NCBI GenBank assembly: GCA_023261845.1
Contig: JALNJZ010000002.1
Span: 136,997-200,996, forward strand
Direction of reading: 5' to 3'
Origin: Candidatus Terraquivivens tengchongensis
GTDB lineage: Archaea > Thermoproteota > Nitrososphaeria_A > Caldarchaeales > Wolframiiraptoraceae
Length of the DNA stretch: 64,000 nucleotides
Both the position numbers and the translations under genes were made by a program. The notes beneath the pieces were generated by a model that saw only the letters and a list, made by a program, of their open reading frames with translations, was not told where the DNA came from and did not search any database. Each line of letters begins with the position of its first letter. The first letter of the stretch is position 1. Below are positions 27,404 to 38,251 of the stretch, in pieces.

Positions 27404-28195
27404 ATGCCAAGGCAAGCCGTTCATATGATTGTTTTGGACGAAGTCATAAGTAGGCTTAGAGTAAGTACAAACCAAGCTGAAAGAAGGATTGGAGATTTGA
27501 TGTATAGAAATAGACAAGCGGCCGTTCTTGGGTGCATAGGTCCTGATATATTCTACTGTGCCCCAGACTTTAACATGATTGGTAAGTTAAGTAATTTCTA
27601 TAGGAACTTTAACAACATCATAAATTTGTATAATACGATTGACTTAAAAATAAAGGAGGTTTTTACACTCTTAGGAAATCCTGTTGAAAACACTGTTGGA
27701 ACACTTCTGCCCTCAACGGTAGACATGCTCAAAAGGATTATTGAAGAGATAAAGAGGATGGTTGACCTTTTCAGTTCTATGTTAAATAAGGAACTCTTCA
27801 GTGGCGTTATTGACAGATTTAACCTTCTTGACAATTTATCAAGTCTTCCAAATCTAACGCATTTACTGTTTGATGATTTTATGCCTCCTATGCAGCTTGG
27901 TTTTGATGAAAGGCAATGGTACTGGTTTGATATGCTTCATTGTAGAGAAACTGGTACGTTTGCGAGAAATCTAATTAGACTCGCTGGAAACGATGAAACA
28001 AAGCTTGCGTATGCTTATGGGTACCTAACGCATATAGCAACGGATACGGTAGGTCATCCGTTCATAAATCAAATAGTGGGTGGTCCGTATCGTATGCATC
28101 CACAACGCTATACCACATGTGAGATTTTCGTAGATTCTTGGGTTTTCTTTGATCGCTTTGGTGAAAGCATAAATACGGGACTCTTAACCAGCTAA
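27404..28195 (+). CDS. hypothetical protein; probably the N-terminal part of a larger frameshifted gene
   Basis: 263-aa ORF. The +1 frame is open from 28165 and carries 150 codons with no start before the listed downstream ORF. Confidence 0.45.
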   Translation: MPRQAVHMIVLDEVISRLRVSTNQAERRIGDLMYRNRQAAVLGCIGPDIFYCAPDFNMIGKLSNFYRNFNNIINLYNTIDLKIKEVFTLLGNPVENTVGTLLPSTVDMLKRIIEEIKRMVDLFSSMLNKELFSGVIDRFNLLDNLSSLPNLTHLLFDDFMPPMQLGFDERQWYWFDMLHCRETGTFARNLIRLAGNDETKLAYAYGYLTHIATDTVGHPFINQIVGGPYRMHPQRYTTCEIFVDSWVFFDRFGESINTGLLTS

Positions 28196-29223
28196 ACCTC
28201 CCCCAAACCCTTCCAAACGGAATAGCTGATCTTTTACATAGAGCTTTTATAGAGACCTACCAAAACAAATCACATCCATTAAGGATAAACGAAAGCCAAG
28301 GAGGATTCTTAACGATTGATAATATCAGGTCAACATACGATATCTTTAGATTTAACACCGAGGTTCTTGGAGGCATAACCATAAAACCACCTACAGAACC
28401 ATTTAGCGGAGTCCTAGAATTACTAGAAAGGGCACTTGAGAACTTTAAGGGGCCACCATCACCTCCTGAGATTGGAAGACTTTGCAGCATAGAAGAATTC
28501 TTCAGCTCCACGGATTGTATAGAAGGATTTTTCGAATCTATTACGGAATGGCTTGAGTACTTTGGAGAGCTAATTATATGGACAATTGAAACGATATTTT
28601 CTCTGATAGACTTTGTGCTGACAGCTCTGCTAAGCTTACCAATTGCCGTTTTGATGGCTATTCTGTATGGAATTCAATTGGTTATCTATAACCTCTACCG
28701 TCAAGCACGTTCGGTCTTGATGCAAGCTGGACTTCTATGCCCTGAGCCGGATGAGCTACAAACAAGTTATGGGACGAGCCTTGTAACACCTTGCTACTCT
28801 CGTTCATCACCTTTCAAGGGTTATCCACGCGTACACTCCCATTTATTACACAACATTTTATTCCCGAACACAACAGTCGAGGAGCCTGGAACTCTAAGCG
28901 CCTTTTATCAGAGGAATCAGAGTTCTACACCTAGGAAGTTTATTTATGAGGATAGCTTCAGTGAAAGTAACCTGATAGCCTATGCACGTGCTACCAATCC
29001 CAAGGAAACGCGAGATCTCCAAATGAAGGGGCGCTCTATAGGAAATGCTATAAGTTTCTCTTATTGGCTCATCGTAAACTCTTTAAACTCAAATTTAGAG
29101 AGTGTGGTTTACACCAATTGGAACCTGTTTTCTGATAGAGGTTACGGATACAAATGCTGGACAACGAAGCAGAGACTTAGCCATGATAGACCGGTGATGG
29201 TTTTAGACGAGACTTACGTCTGA
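28165..29223 (+). pseudogene. continuation frame of the upstream ORF (frameshift) or a gene with a non-canonical start
   Basis: Open frame from 28165 to 29223. The first ATG is at 28615. The preceding 150 codons have coding-like composition with no ATG, GTG or TTG. Confidence 0.4.
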
Positions 29224-29482
29224 CAAACAATCCCTTGACAATGGTGTTTTAGTTCAACTTGGAAGTTTTGCTGTGGGTATTAGACTTGATTAAATGTCCG
29301 CCTTTTACCAATAAATCTGACACGCTGCAGAATTTCTGCAATAGATATATGATTACTTTTACGCGCTTTTATCAAGCATAACGCGGTACTCGTCAAATAA
29401 AAAATATTCGATGAACATATACGGTATGAGTCATTGATCGCTATCAAACCTATATACTCGATAGTGGTCGGGATGTTTTAAA

Positions 29483-30694
29483 ATGCAGGGCTGGAAGCAT
29501 CATCACACTATATGGCTGACGATGATACTTGGATGGATATCGATATACATGATAAGGATGGCACCCTCAGCCTCTTTGGCAAGCATAAAGCATGAGTTTA
29601 ACCTCTCATACACGGAGGCGGGCCTTCTTGTTACTGCGTATTTCTACACTTATTTCCTTGCACAGTTTCCTTCTGGATGGATGGGCGACAAATTCGGCCG
29701 AAGGCGCGTGCTGAGCTTGTCCAGTGTACTGTGGGGCATATTGTCTATCTTCACTGCCCTCGCAAATAACTTCCATCAACTCCTAGCGACAAGGATGGCA
29801 ACTGGCGTCGCTCAGGGCTTGTACTTCGGTAACGACCGTCCCATAGTCGCGGCATACACGCCGAAAGGTAGTGCTGGAATAAGTCAAGGTATGTCCTTCA
29901 TAGGCATAGGCCTCGGAACGGTCCTCGGTATGTACCTGGGCGGCCTTATAACGTCGTTGATGGGATGGAGGTGGATGTTCATATTCTTCGCTATACCCTC
30001 CTTTATAGTCTCAATCATGATGTTTATGTTGCTCAAGGACGTCCCCTCGAATGGAGACAATGGCTTGAGATCTTTTTCAGAGTTGCTCAGAAATAGAGAC
30101 TTCTTGCTTATGTGCCTCGCTGGCATACCGTGCATATATGCCTTCTGGGTCTTAGCTACATGGGCTCCGACGATGTTCATGGAGATGGGTATAGGTGATA
30201 TCGCTATGTCGTCGTTGCTGGCATCCATCATAGGTATGGCAGCAGTTCCAAGCCTAATATCCATGGGCTACCTGAGCGATGCCCTAAAGAAGAGAGGCAT
30301 AAGGAGGAAGCTGATAACAGTCTTAGATATAACGTTACTATCACTATTCTTATTCCTGTTCAGTTACGCCCTGTCTATAAACTCGAGCCCGATATTGCTG
30401 ATAGCATTTTACGCGGTGATCAGTCTGCTTTACTGGGGTTTCATAGCACCGCTTTACGCCATGCTACAGGAGACAGTTCCTAGCAGACTTCACGGCACAG
30501 CCTTCGGTTTGATGAATGGTATACACTTCACCGGGTCGCTGATATCTCCTTGGCTTACGGGTCTGCTGAGGGACTTGACCGGCAACTTCGTCTGGAGTAT
30601 TTACATACCTGCTACAATGTTGCTGTTCAGCTCCTTGATAATAGCTTCGGTATCACCGGCCTTTAGCTTCAAGGAGAAGACGACAAAACTTTAG
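29483..30694 (+). CDS. MFS transporter
   Basis: 12 predicted TM helices. MFS loop 2-3 motif (GWMGDKFGRRRV). Confidence 0.8.
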   Translation: MQGWKHHHTIWLTMILGWISIYMIRMAPSASLASIKHEFNLSYTEAGLLVTAYFYTYFLAQFPSGWMGDKFGRRRVLSLSSVLWGILSIFTALANNFHQLLATRMATGVAQGLYFGNDRPIVAAYTPKGSAGISQGMSFIGIGLGTVLGMYLGGLITSLMGWRWMFIFFAIPSFIVSIMMFMLLKDVPSNGDNGLRSFSELLRNRDFLLMCLAGIPCIYAFWVLATWAPTMFMEMGIGDIAMSSLLASIIGMAAVPSLISMGYLSDALKKRGIRRKLITVLDITLLSLFLFLFSYALSINSSPILLIAFYAVISLLYWGFIAPLYAMLQETVPSRLHGTAFGLMNGIHFTGSLISPWLTGLLRDLTGNFVWSIYIPATMLLFSSLIIASVSPAFSFKEKTTKL

Positions 30695-30736
30695 CATGTT
30701 AGCGTAAGTTTTATAACTTCCACAAAAAAATTTAAG

Positions 30737-32266
30737 ATGAGAGTCATGTCGGCTGAGGCGAATTATCTTCTTTTAATGCCAGAGCATAAGTATCCCAGAT
30801 GTTTTTGCACCGAAGAAGAAGTAATAATGGCTAAAAGGATACGCGAATTCGTTGACAAAGAAGTCTTGCCCAATAGACAGAATTTAGAGGGTGGGTGGCA
30901 CCGCGATGAAGAGTTAGCACATAAGACGTTATTCGATCTGTATTACAAGTGCCATCAGCTAGGGTTAACTATCTCAAACTTACCAAGCGAATACGGCGGT
31001 CTAGCTTTATCACCAATAGTCAGGTACATGATAAATGAAGAACTGTCCCGTGGCGACGTCGGGTTAGCAACTTTGGTGGGTAAAACGCATTGGATAGCGT
31101 CGTTCATGTACAACAGGGTGCAAGTGAGAGAAGATTTGCTTGAGGAGTTTGCGCCCAAATTGACCAGCAATGTTCCGTACATCACATGCGTAAACATCAG
31201 CGAGCCGGAAGGCGGTGCGAATATAGAAGACCCGGCCTTAGAATTGAGGACCTTGAACACAGTAATCGCCAAAAAGGAAGGGGATTTCTGGGTGTTGAAT
31301 GGGCACAAGATTTGGCCCGGACCTGCCGCCGACCCTTCGTATTGGGATAGGTGGCATGAAAAATGGCCAGATAAGTTTGCCGGTCACCTCGGCTACTGGG
31401 TTGTTGTGACCGAGGATCCTAGCAGAGGTGAGGACGCAGCAGGTATGGTATATCATCCATACAATGCCGAGGGCGTCAGGTTTGGTCTACCATACAAAAA
31501 GTGCGGTCTATGTTGGACTGATGAAAACGTCGAGATATGGTACGAAAACGTTAAGGTTCCAGCCAAGTATAGGGTTGACGTCAAGCCGGGAAATGGTGCC
31601 AAGATAATTCATGGGTATGTTATTGGACCGGGCAGGCTTGCTGCCGCCGCAAGGCTCACGGGAATTGCGACAGCATGTTTGGAGATCGCTCTGGAGTGGA
31701 CAAAGAGCAGACAGATTGCAGGAAAACCCGTAAGGGAGAGGTCATACTTCGCATCCATTCTGGCTGACATGTACAGGATGGTTGACTTAGCTAGACAGTA
31801 TTATCTATCAGTCACTTGGCAACTCATGCACCCCGAGATATATGGTGAATCTTGGGAACCACACATGCTCGCAAAGTTTTCGACGGCGCGCTCTTTCGCT
31901 GGCGAAGCTGCTATGTTCTGCGCAAACAAAGCCATGGAGCTCATGAGCTCGTATGGTTACGTATTCGAGATGAACCTCGAGAAATATTATAGAGATTTCA
32001 AGATCGTGCAAATGTGGCTTGGAGGTGCCCAGAGAGATAGGCTGGATATAGCACAAGGCTTGTATGGCCCGTTCAAGTGGGCTGGTTACGAAGATTGGTT
32101 AAGGGCGAGATGGCCGAAAAAGTTTGCTGACTTAAAGAATATAATCGAAAAGGAGATAGACAAGACACTCAACAGAACCTCGGGAAGTGAAAAAGAAGCT
32201 GAGAAGATAAGGAAAGAGTTAAGCAGGGACATGGAGTACGACATAGACGAGGCGACAAAAGGTTAA
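30737..32266 (+). CDS. acyl-CoA dehydrogenase family protein
   Basis: ACAD N-terminal, middle and C-terminal domain architecture (RIREFVDKEVLP...; YGSSGY-like region MELMSSYGYV). 509 aa. The start may be the internal Met at about 30818. Confidence 0.75.
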   Translation: MRVMSAEANYLLLMPEHKYPRCFCTEEEVIMAKRIREFVDKEVLPNRQNLEGGWHRDEELAHKTLFDLYYKCHQLGLTISNLPSEYGGLALSPIVRYMINEELSRGDVGLATLVGKTHWIASFMYNRVQVREDLLEEFAPKLTSNVPYITCVNISEPEGGANIEDPALELRTLNTVIAKKEGDFWVLNGHKIWPGPAADPSYWDRWHEKWPDKFAGHLGYWVVVTEDPSRGEDAAGMVYHPYNAEGVRFGLPYKKCGLCWTDENVEIWYENVKVPAKYRVDVKPGNGAKIIHGYVIGPGRLAAAARLTGIATACLEIALEWTKSRQIAGKPVRERSYFASILADMYRMVDLARQYYLSVTWQLMHPEIYGESWEPHMLAKFSTARSFAGEAAMFCANKAMELMSSYGYVFEMNLEKYYRDFKIVQMWLGGAQRDRLDIAQGLYGPFKWAGYEDWLRARWPKKFADLKNIIEKEIDKTLNRTSGSEKEAEKIRKELSRDMEYDIDEATKG

Positions 32267-32268
32267 CA

Positions 32269-32787
32269 TCAACCACAACCATATTTCCTTGCCCACCACT
32301 CCGTCCTAAACTCGCTTTTCGAGCAGTAGCTCGTGAGGATCTTAGCATGTCCGTTTTCCAATAATGCCGCATTCAGATTAACCCCTTCACAAATTACCTT
32401 TGCGACGACTCTGTTGTATCTATCATAAGGTTGGCCATCGTCTTGGTCTGCTATAGCATGGGTTCCGATAGCACACACCATTTTCGTGAACTCTTTAGCC
32501 TCATTATAACCCGACTCGTCCTTTTCAGGTGTATTCACTAGTGCGAGTCTTATCCTTATGCCGTCAATCTCTAACGTGTCACCATCTATGACGGCTGTAA
32601 CCCTACCTACGATGCAGAGAGCGCTCCCAGAACATATTTCAGTTTGGGGTGCGGATGTAGTTTGTTCCGTTGTGTTGGAAACAGTGGACTCTATAGCGCC
32701 GGGAATACTGGATGTTATAGCGAACATTATGAGGTATATCGAGCAGGCCAAAATGATGAGAATTGATATCAATTTTACGAGCTTCAT
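32269..32787 (-). CDS. thermonuclease (SNase-like) with N-terminal membrane anchor or signal
   Basis: SNase motifs (VIDGDTLEIDG..IRLALVNTPE...YDRYNRVVAKV) preceded by a hydrophobic N-terminus. Confidence 0.8.
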   Translation of the reverse strand: MKLVKLISILIILACSIYLIMFAITSSIPGAIESTVSNTTEQTTSAPQTEICSGSALCIVGRVTAVIDGDTLEIDGIRIRLALVNTPEKDESGYNEAKEFTKMVCAIGTHAIADQDDGQPYDRYNRVVAKVICEGVNLNAALLENGHAKILTSYCSKSEFRTEWWARKYGCG

Positions 32788-33638
32788 GCGTTCAACACCT
32801 TCTGTGTAACAGGTTCAGGGAAGTCAATGAAATCTGGATTCTTCCATATATAATGCTTTGGTTTCGTCTTGAATAGCGTAATTGCCTCTGCTAAATCTTC
32901 AAGCGAAAACTTCCCCTCTTTTATCCTTCTGGCTAAGCTCGGTTTTGTAAACCTTTCGCTTAATGAATTTTCGATGACCTCCGCAACTTCTTTAATCTGC
33001 TTTTTGCTTAACGCCCTAAGCCAAGATAGGTTATTCTTTTTGCTTTTCGAGAGTTCAACATTTAGCCCCATGCTCTCCAAAAACTCCATCACTCTCTGCT
33101 GCTGTTTATCAAATTCTCTCTCGTATATTATTTCTTTCATGCCAGCATGCTCAAAGAACGGGTTGTACTTTGCCATGACAGCTAACGTCTCGATGTAAGG
33201 AACGTTTACCAAAGGCATGGTCTCCTTAACGAGCTTTACGCCCAAGCCTATGCCGCGATACTTGGGCGCAACGACAACTCTCGCAATTCGTCTAAAGTTA
33301 TCATTTACGTATTTTATTGCTGCTTTGAGCCCATTATGCCGCATCATTTCTCTAATATGTGGTAACGCTATATTTCGCGGTTTTAGATTGAAGTATGACA
33401 AAACATATACTACCACGCCAGCAAGCTCGCCACGTATCTCTGCTTTGAATATGTTGGTAATACCAAACGGCCACGCCCTACAAGATTCTCGTCGACCAAA
33501 ACGGGCGTTGGCGAATACGTTGCCGAGGACATGCTCAACGTCGGCATACTCAATTTGGAAGGTATCGTCCTTACTGGACCAAAAAAGCTTGAGATAGCGA
33601 GCTACCTCAAACAAAAAATGCAGGAGAACTGCAAACAA
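32784..33638 (-). CDS. GNAT-family N-acetyltransferase domain protein
   Basis: Acetyl-CoA binding motif VVAPKYRGIGLGVKLV. The start codon is uncertain. Confidence 0.5.
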   Translation of the reverse strand: MFAVLLHFLFEVARYLKLFWSSKDDTFQIEYADVEHVLGNVFANARFGRRESCRAWPFGITNIFKAEIRGELAGVVVYVLSYFNLKPRNIALPHIREMMRHNGLKAAIKYVNDNFRRIARVVVAPKYRGIGLGVKLVKETMPLVNVPYIETLAVMAKYNPFFEHAGMKEIIYEREFDKQQQRVMEFLESMGLNVELSKSKKNNLSWLRALSKKQIKEVAEVIENSLSERFTKPSLARRIKEGKFSLEDLAEAITLFKTKPKHYIWKNPDFIDFPEPVTQKVLNA

Positions 33639-33921
33639 GACAGCAAGGGGAAATGGTCTGGGACGTCTCGGTTACACATACCATATCCAGAGGACAACGA
33701 GCTCACTAGGAGGATAATCGCCGAGCTAAACGTAGAAAAGTACACGTTGACGAAGGACGGAAACATAAAGTTCTACCATCAAGAGGGCACGCACGACGAT
33801 GTTTTCTGGAGCCTCGCCCTTGCAGTTTATGCGAGTGGAAATGCCTATAGGATGAGTATAACGCCGCTCTAACGATTTAAGAATTGCAAGAAAATGTAGG
33901 GGTGATGAGCATTGGCAAAGT

Positions 33922-35073
33922 TTACATCAAACCGATCTGCTCCGCTATCAGCTGGGAAACGTCGACAACCCTTCTACCATTCTGTTGCGAAGACGCGACC
34001 TGCAATAAGGTTTGAACACACGTCGGACATGCCGTCGTTATCACCTTTGCATTCGTAGATGCAAGCACCTCGAACCTCTTTTTGGATATGCGTTCTGCTG
34101 TGGACGGGTAAGTAACCTTTAGCAGGCCCCCTCCACCGCAGCAATAGAAATATGAACCATTATTTTCAGGATATACTACATTCGCTATGCTACTTAGCAC
34201 ATTCTTTGGTTCCTTTACGATTCCGCATATTCTCGAAAGCTCGCAGGGCTCATGATACGTTACCGTTACGTCTAACCTCGGTATTTTCAGCCTCTCTTTC
34301 TCGAGACAGTTGTTAAGAAATTCCGTGAAATGAAGGACCTCAAAGTTAAGTTTTCTTCCAAGCAGCTTCGGATACTCATACTTCAGAGCTAGGTAACATC
34401 CTGGACATCCGGTAACTACCTTCTTAGAACCAACAGAAGATATTTCCTTGATGTTGTGCTCTGCGAGGCTTTTCGCCTCCTTTAATGCGCCTGCGAGGAC
34501 GAGCGGGTGCCCACAACACCATTCGTCCTTCAATACTGTCCAATCCTCATTTAAATAGTTCAGTATACCCGTCACGGCCTGCGCTATTGTCTGTACCATT
34601 CCTGAAAATGATGTAACGCATCCCACAAAATATACGAGGTCCGCCGAATCTTTGATTTTGACGTCAGCATCTGTGTACATTATCCAATCATTCCTAGATG
34701 CGTTGTCCGCTGTGTAAACGTTCTTATACTCAAGTATTGCGTTGGAAAACCTTTTTATGGTGTCGGGGACCATACCAAGCTCAAAAAGTTTCTGTCTTGC
34801 CAGCAAAGATACCTCTCCTATGTTTATGCCTTGAGGACACTTGTATGCGCAAGAGCAGCACGTAGAACATTTATAGAACTTCTCTGATAACTTGATTGTT
34901 GGTTGCAACTCTCCTTTCATAAGGGCTAAGAAAAGCGTTTTACGTCCGCGTGGGCTAACCGATTCATCATAGTTTTCTACCTCTACAATTGGACATATCG
35001 AGCGACAGAAGCCGCAATGTTCGCAGAAGTTAAGCTTTTTAAGCACGTCTTCCGCAGTAATTTCAAGCGGCAA
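33922..35073 (-). CDS. Fe-S oxidoreductase with two 4Fe-4S ferredoxin motifs and CCG domains (GlcF/GlpC/HdrD-like)
   Basis: CEHCGFCRSICP and CSTCCSCAYKCP motifs, followed by two Cys-rich CCG-type repeats (CCGHP..; CCGGGG). Confidence 0.75.
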   Translation of the reverse strand: MPLEITAEDVLKKLNFCEHCGFCRSICPIVEVENYDESVSPRGRKTLFLALMKGELQPTIKLSEKFYKCSTCCSCAYKCPQGINIGEVSLLARQKLFELGMVPDTIKRFSNAILEYKNVYTADNASRNDWIMYTDADVKIKDSADLVYFVGCVTSFSGMVQTIAQAVTGILNYLNEDWTVLKDEWCCGHPLVLAGALKEAKSLAEHNIKEISSVGSKKVVTGCPGCYLALKYEYPKLLGRKLNFEVLHFTEFLNNCLEKERLKIPRLDVTVTYHEPCELSRICGIVKEPKNVLSSIANVVYPENNGSYFYCCGGGGLLKVTYPSTAERISKKRFEVLASTNAKVITTACPTCVQTLLQVASSQQNGRRVVDVSQLIAEQIGLM

Positions 35074-35107
35074 TTTACGTCACTCATTACTTATGAAAAT
35101 CTTCCAT

Positions 35108-36382
35108 TTAATTTACCTTACTTTTTAGACGATTTATCATCACCGAAAAAGCGAATGAGGTAGCGAACGAAGGAAGGCTTGCACCCAGTTCCGGTATTAA
35201 CGTCACGACCACGATGTAGGCTGCTATACCAAAGAACCAGGCCAGCATGTTATCTAGCCTTATAGCTTTAGCTTTTTCGTAAAACTCCTCCAGCGTGATA
35301 GAAGACCGTCTCCTATTCACAAAGAACTCAGCCGAGACGACGCCGAGAAGTGGGACGAATAGGGCACCTATCATAAGCAGGAAGCTTTCGTACTCTACAA
35401 GAGGAACACTTATGGCAAGCGCTATACTAACGCCGGCCACGAGGGCTATAAACCTCCACTGTCTGACCTTCGGGAATATGTTCTGGAACGAGACGGCGGA
35501 CGAGTATATATCAGCAAAGCAGTTATCAGTCTCGTCGACCAATATAAGCATCAGCGCAACCCATCCAAAGAATAAGGCACCTATGGATGCTACAACATCC
35601 TCTATGCCCAAAAGCACGACTAATGCCGCTCCTAGGACGTAGAACCATGTGTTGGAGATCGTATATCCAGCGACAGTTCCGAAGAATGCTGAGTGAGGCC
35701 TCTTAGCAAACCTGTTATAATCAGATATCAGCGGCCACCACGATATCGGCATGACTATTACGAGGTCCAAAGCAAGGAGCAAAGGTATGGCGCTATCGCT
35801 ACGAGAGAAGACCCAGCTCCAGAAGTCACCAGAACTGAATACATGATAGGTTATCCAGATCGTCGAGCCGTAGACCAACCATATCGCAACCCTCTCCAAC
35901 CACTTCCTTACAACCACCAGAGGTCCGCCGAGCGCAAGTATCATGCACCAGACACCAAAGAAGACAACCCAGAAGCTGTAGGATATTGGGCCGAATATGC
36001 TCGATGTTAGTAGCGTGGCTGCCTGCGCCATTATCATGAGCTCGAATGCAGTCCAGCCTATCAACTGCACGATGTTAAGTGTCGTCGGAAAGTAGGATGC
36101 CTTAATGCCGAGCACAGGCCTTAGGCTTACCATCGTAGGCACACCGTACCTGCTGCCCACGATTCCAGGAAGCGCTAGCATGATGCTGCCTATTATGGAG
36201 CCGAATAACGAAACGAGGAGCACCTCAGAGAATGAGAGACCTTTCAGCAACGAGCCAGCCAAGAGGACGAGTAGCCCGACACCCAAGCTCGACCAAAGGA
36301 CGAAGTAGTCCAAGAATCCGAGAACCTTTGCATCCTTTGGTACAGGTTCAGTTCCCCACTCCGGTGGAAGTTTGACTTTCAT
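35108..36382 (-). CDS. NCS1-like nucleobase/cation symporter family permease
   Basis: 424 aa with about 12 TM helices. Composition and spacing are typical of purine-cytosine or hydroxymethylpyrimidine permeases. Confidence 0.5.
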   Translation of the reverse strand: MKVKLPPEWGTEPVPKDAKVLGFLDYFVLWSSLGVGLLVLLAGSLLKGLSFSEVLLVSLFGSIIGSIMLALPGIVGSRYGVPTMVSLRPVLGIKASYFPTTLNIVQLIGWTAFELMIMAQAATLLTSSIFGPISYSFWVVFFGVWCMILALGGPLVVVRKWLERVAIWLVYGSTIWITYHVFSSGDFWSWVFSRSDSAIPLLLALDLVIVMPISWWPLISDYNRFAKRPHSAFFGTVAGYTISNTWFYVLGAALVVLLGIEDVVASIGALFFGWVALMLILVDETDNCFADIYSSAVSFQNIFPKVRQWRFIALVAGVSIALAISVPLVEYESFLLMIGALFVPLLGVVSAEFFVNRRRSSITLEEFYEKAKAIRLDNMLAWFFGIAAYIVVVTLIPELGASLPSFATSFAFSVMINRLKSKVN

Positions 36383-36484
36383 AGTTTATTCAACGAGACC
36401 GCTACTGTGGGATTGTTATAAATGTTTTAATAAGCGGCTTATTGCAAAAATTGTTTGAAGTTGATACGAACGTGGTAACTGTCT

Positions 36485-37057
36485 TCACTCGACCTTGATG
36501 CTAATACCCTTCGGCTTGCCCTTCTTCTTGTTGAGGACGACCTCCAAGACACCGTTCTTATACGTAGCCTTAGCACCCTCGGACTCAACCTCTTCTGGCA
36601 GCTCAACTTCTTTGTAGTACTTCCTCTCGGGCGTGTCCACCTTTATTATCAACGTCTTCTCGGTAACGTTCAGTTGGATGTCGTTCTTGTCAACACCAGG
36701 CAACTCGGCTACTACCCTTATCACGTTCTCCTCGGGTATGACATCGACCAGAGGCTCCCTCTCGCCCTTGAGTTCTAACGGTCTTCTGCCGAGCCTAGGC
36801 TTTATGTTGCCAAACTCTCTTATGATGGGCCTTCCATCGGGTCCTATTGTGATCGAGTAACCATAAACGAATGGACCTATAATCCTCTCTACGCCCTTCT
36901 CAGTCCTTCTCTCTTTTACGAGTTCTTTGGGAACCATCTCCTCGATCCTCTTGAACTCTTCCTCAAACTCCCTGAAGAAATCCTCCCAGTATCTCTCAAA
37001 AAAGCCGAAAGGGAAGCGTCTAAATCTTCTGAAAAATTCATCCCATTCGTTTGACAA
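36485..37057 (-). CDS. Hsp20/alpha-crystallin small heat-shock protein
   Basis: ACD domain (VDVIPEENVIRVVAELPGVDKNDIQLNV...GVLEVVLNKKK). Confidence 0.85.
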   Translation of the reverse strand: MSNEWDEFFRRFRRFPFGFFERYWEDFFREFEEEFKRIEEMVPKELVKERRTEKGVERIIGPFVYGYSITIGPDGRPIIREFGNIKPRLGRRPLELKGEREPLVDVIPEENVIRVVAELPGVDKNDIQLNVTEKTLIIKVDTPERKYYKEVELPEEVESEGAKATYKNGVLEVVLNKKKGKPKGISIKVE

Positions 37058-37128
37058 AATAAAACCACCTCAAGTTAGTTAAAGTATATCCTCTCGTTAA
37101 TAAATTTAACTTAAAAGCATGAGGCTGC

Positions 37129-38154
37129 CTACCTTATACTGCTCGTCGCTTTAGAGAAGAATATCTTGATGATATCGGCCATCCTAACTTCGACACCTAT
37201 GTGCCCCTCCTCGCGCTTCATGTAGCGAAATACTTTGAGCAACTTTGAGAAGTCTCTGGCAAAGCTAAACCTGCCGCTTATCTTATCCGCAACGACGTCA
37301 AATACTTCTTTGTACGGAGAGAACCTTCTTAGAACCTCTGCGGTATATGCTTCTAGGTCTTGGACGTTCTTCAAGAAAATTTCAGCGCAGTAAAGGCTCG
37401 GTATTATGCCCTCGCCGAGTACGGATAAAACCGTTCCTATGCTTTCGCCAACGCCCACGACCTTTCCGGCGTAGTAAGGCTGACACATCGGTGGCGGTGT
37501 TATCCTAAGAGGTCTGCCGACCCTTTTGACAATCTCGCCTCCATGCTCTCGCATGAAAGCGTCTAAGAAGTATCTCTGCCTTCCAAAGTAGTCCCCGCAA
37601 CCAACATGAGCGTAGGAGTCTCCAAGCGGGAAGAACCAGATGTAGCCAGCATTCATCGGCTTTATGTAAAAGTCATCTATCGGCATCTTGTTATACTTTA
37701 CTTTGTACTCAAGCGTGTGGATTATGTAGTCTTTGCTGAGTTTTGGTAGCAGAGCCCTCGGGAACCCGGTCGAGTCTATTATGAGGTCGTACTCGTCATT
37801 AAGCTGCTCAGTGCTCTTGATGTGAACACCAAACTTTACGTTATGTCCGTCCACCAAGTCCCTTTCAAGGGATAGCTTATCGAACGTACATAGGCCTTTG
37901 AGCTTCATCCAGAAACGCGAGCTTCCGAGGTCAACGCACATCTCCTTGCCTTTGTAGAAGACATAATCTTCAAAGTTCAAGCCGACGGGCGAAAGGAGCT
38001 TCTGCATCTCGCTACCGGAGGTAGCCCACGCACAAGGCGGGTAGTAATCCGCGTAGCTGCACATCTCAAACCCGACGACCTCGTACTCAGTCGAGAGCCT
38101 GGAGACAAGATAGGAGCCTGCCACACCAAGCCCGACGACGGCGATTTTACGCAT
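37129..38154 (-). CDS. FAD-dependent oxidoreductase (geranylgeranyl-reductase-like)
   Basis: N-terminal dinucleotide-binding motif KIAVVGLGVAGSYL. 341 aa. Confidence 0.55.
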   Translation of the reverse strand: MRKIAVVGLGVAGSYLVSRLSTEYEVVGFEMCSYADYYPPCAWATSGSEMQKLLSPVGLNFEDYVFYKGKEMCVDLGSSRFWMKLKGLCTFDKLSLERDLVDGHNVKFGVHIKSTEQLNDEYDLIIDSTGFPRALLPKLSKDYIIHTLEYKVKYNKMPIDDFYIKPMNAGYIWFFPLGDSYAHVGCGDYFGRQRYFLDAFMREHGGEIVKRVGRPLRITPPPMCQPYYAGKVVGVGESIGTVLSVLGEGIIPSLYCAEIFLKNVQDLEAYTAEVLRRFSPYKEVFDVVADKISGRFSFARDFSKLLKVFRYMKREEGHIGVEVRMADIIKIFFSKATSSIR

Positions 38155-38251
38155 GGTCCGGCGTGAAATTATAAATTACCACCTTAAATTTTTAAATCGA
38201 GATAAAACATTTTAATAGACGAATTCCGAGATTACCCCTAGAACTTCATGC

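Noticed and set aside
33531-33872. 113-aa plus-strand ORF overlapping the first 108 nt of the GNAT gene on the opposite strand
   Set aside because: Coding potential cannot be confirmed. It may be real if the GNAT gene starts at an internal Met, since it ends with a plausible ...HDDVFWSLALAVYA segment, but there is no recognisable family and overlap on opposite strands is suspicious. Left uncalled.
4476-34666. Five copies of the 8-bp palindrome TGACGTCA (4476, 4641, 5077, 6781, 34659), four within 2.3 kb
   Set aside because: Four of the five lie inside ORFs, where they arise from common codon pairs (xTG-ACG-TCA, or GAC-GTC encoding Asp-Val, for example the DADV motif in both Fe-S proteins). 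Only the 4476 copy is intergenic. Enrichment is therefore probably coding bias rather than a regulon. The intergenic copy is mentioned under the long-spacer finding.
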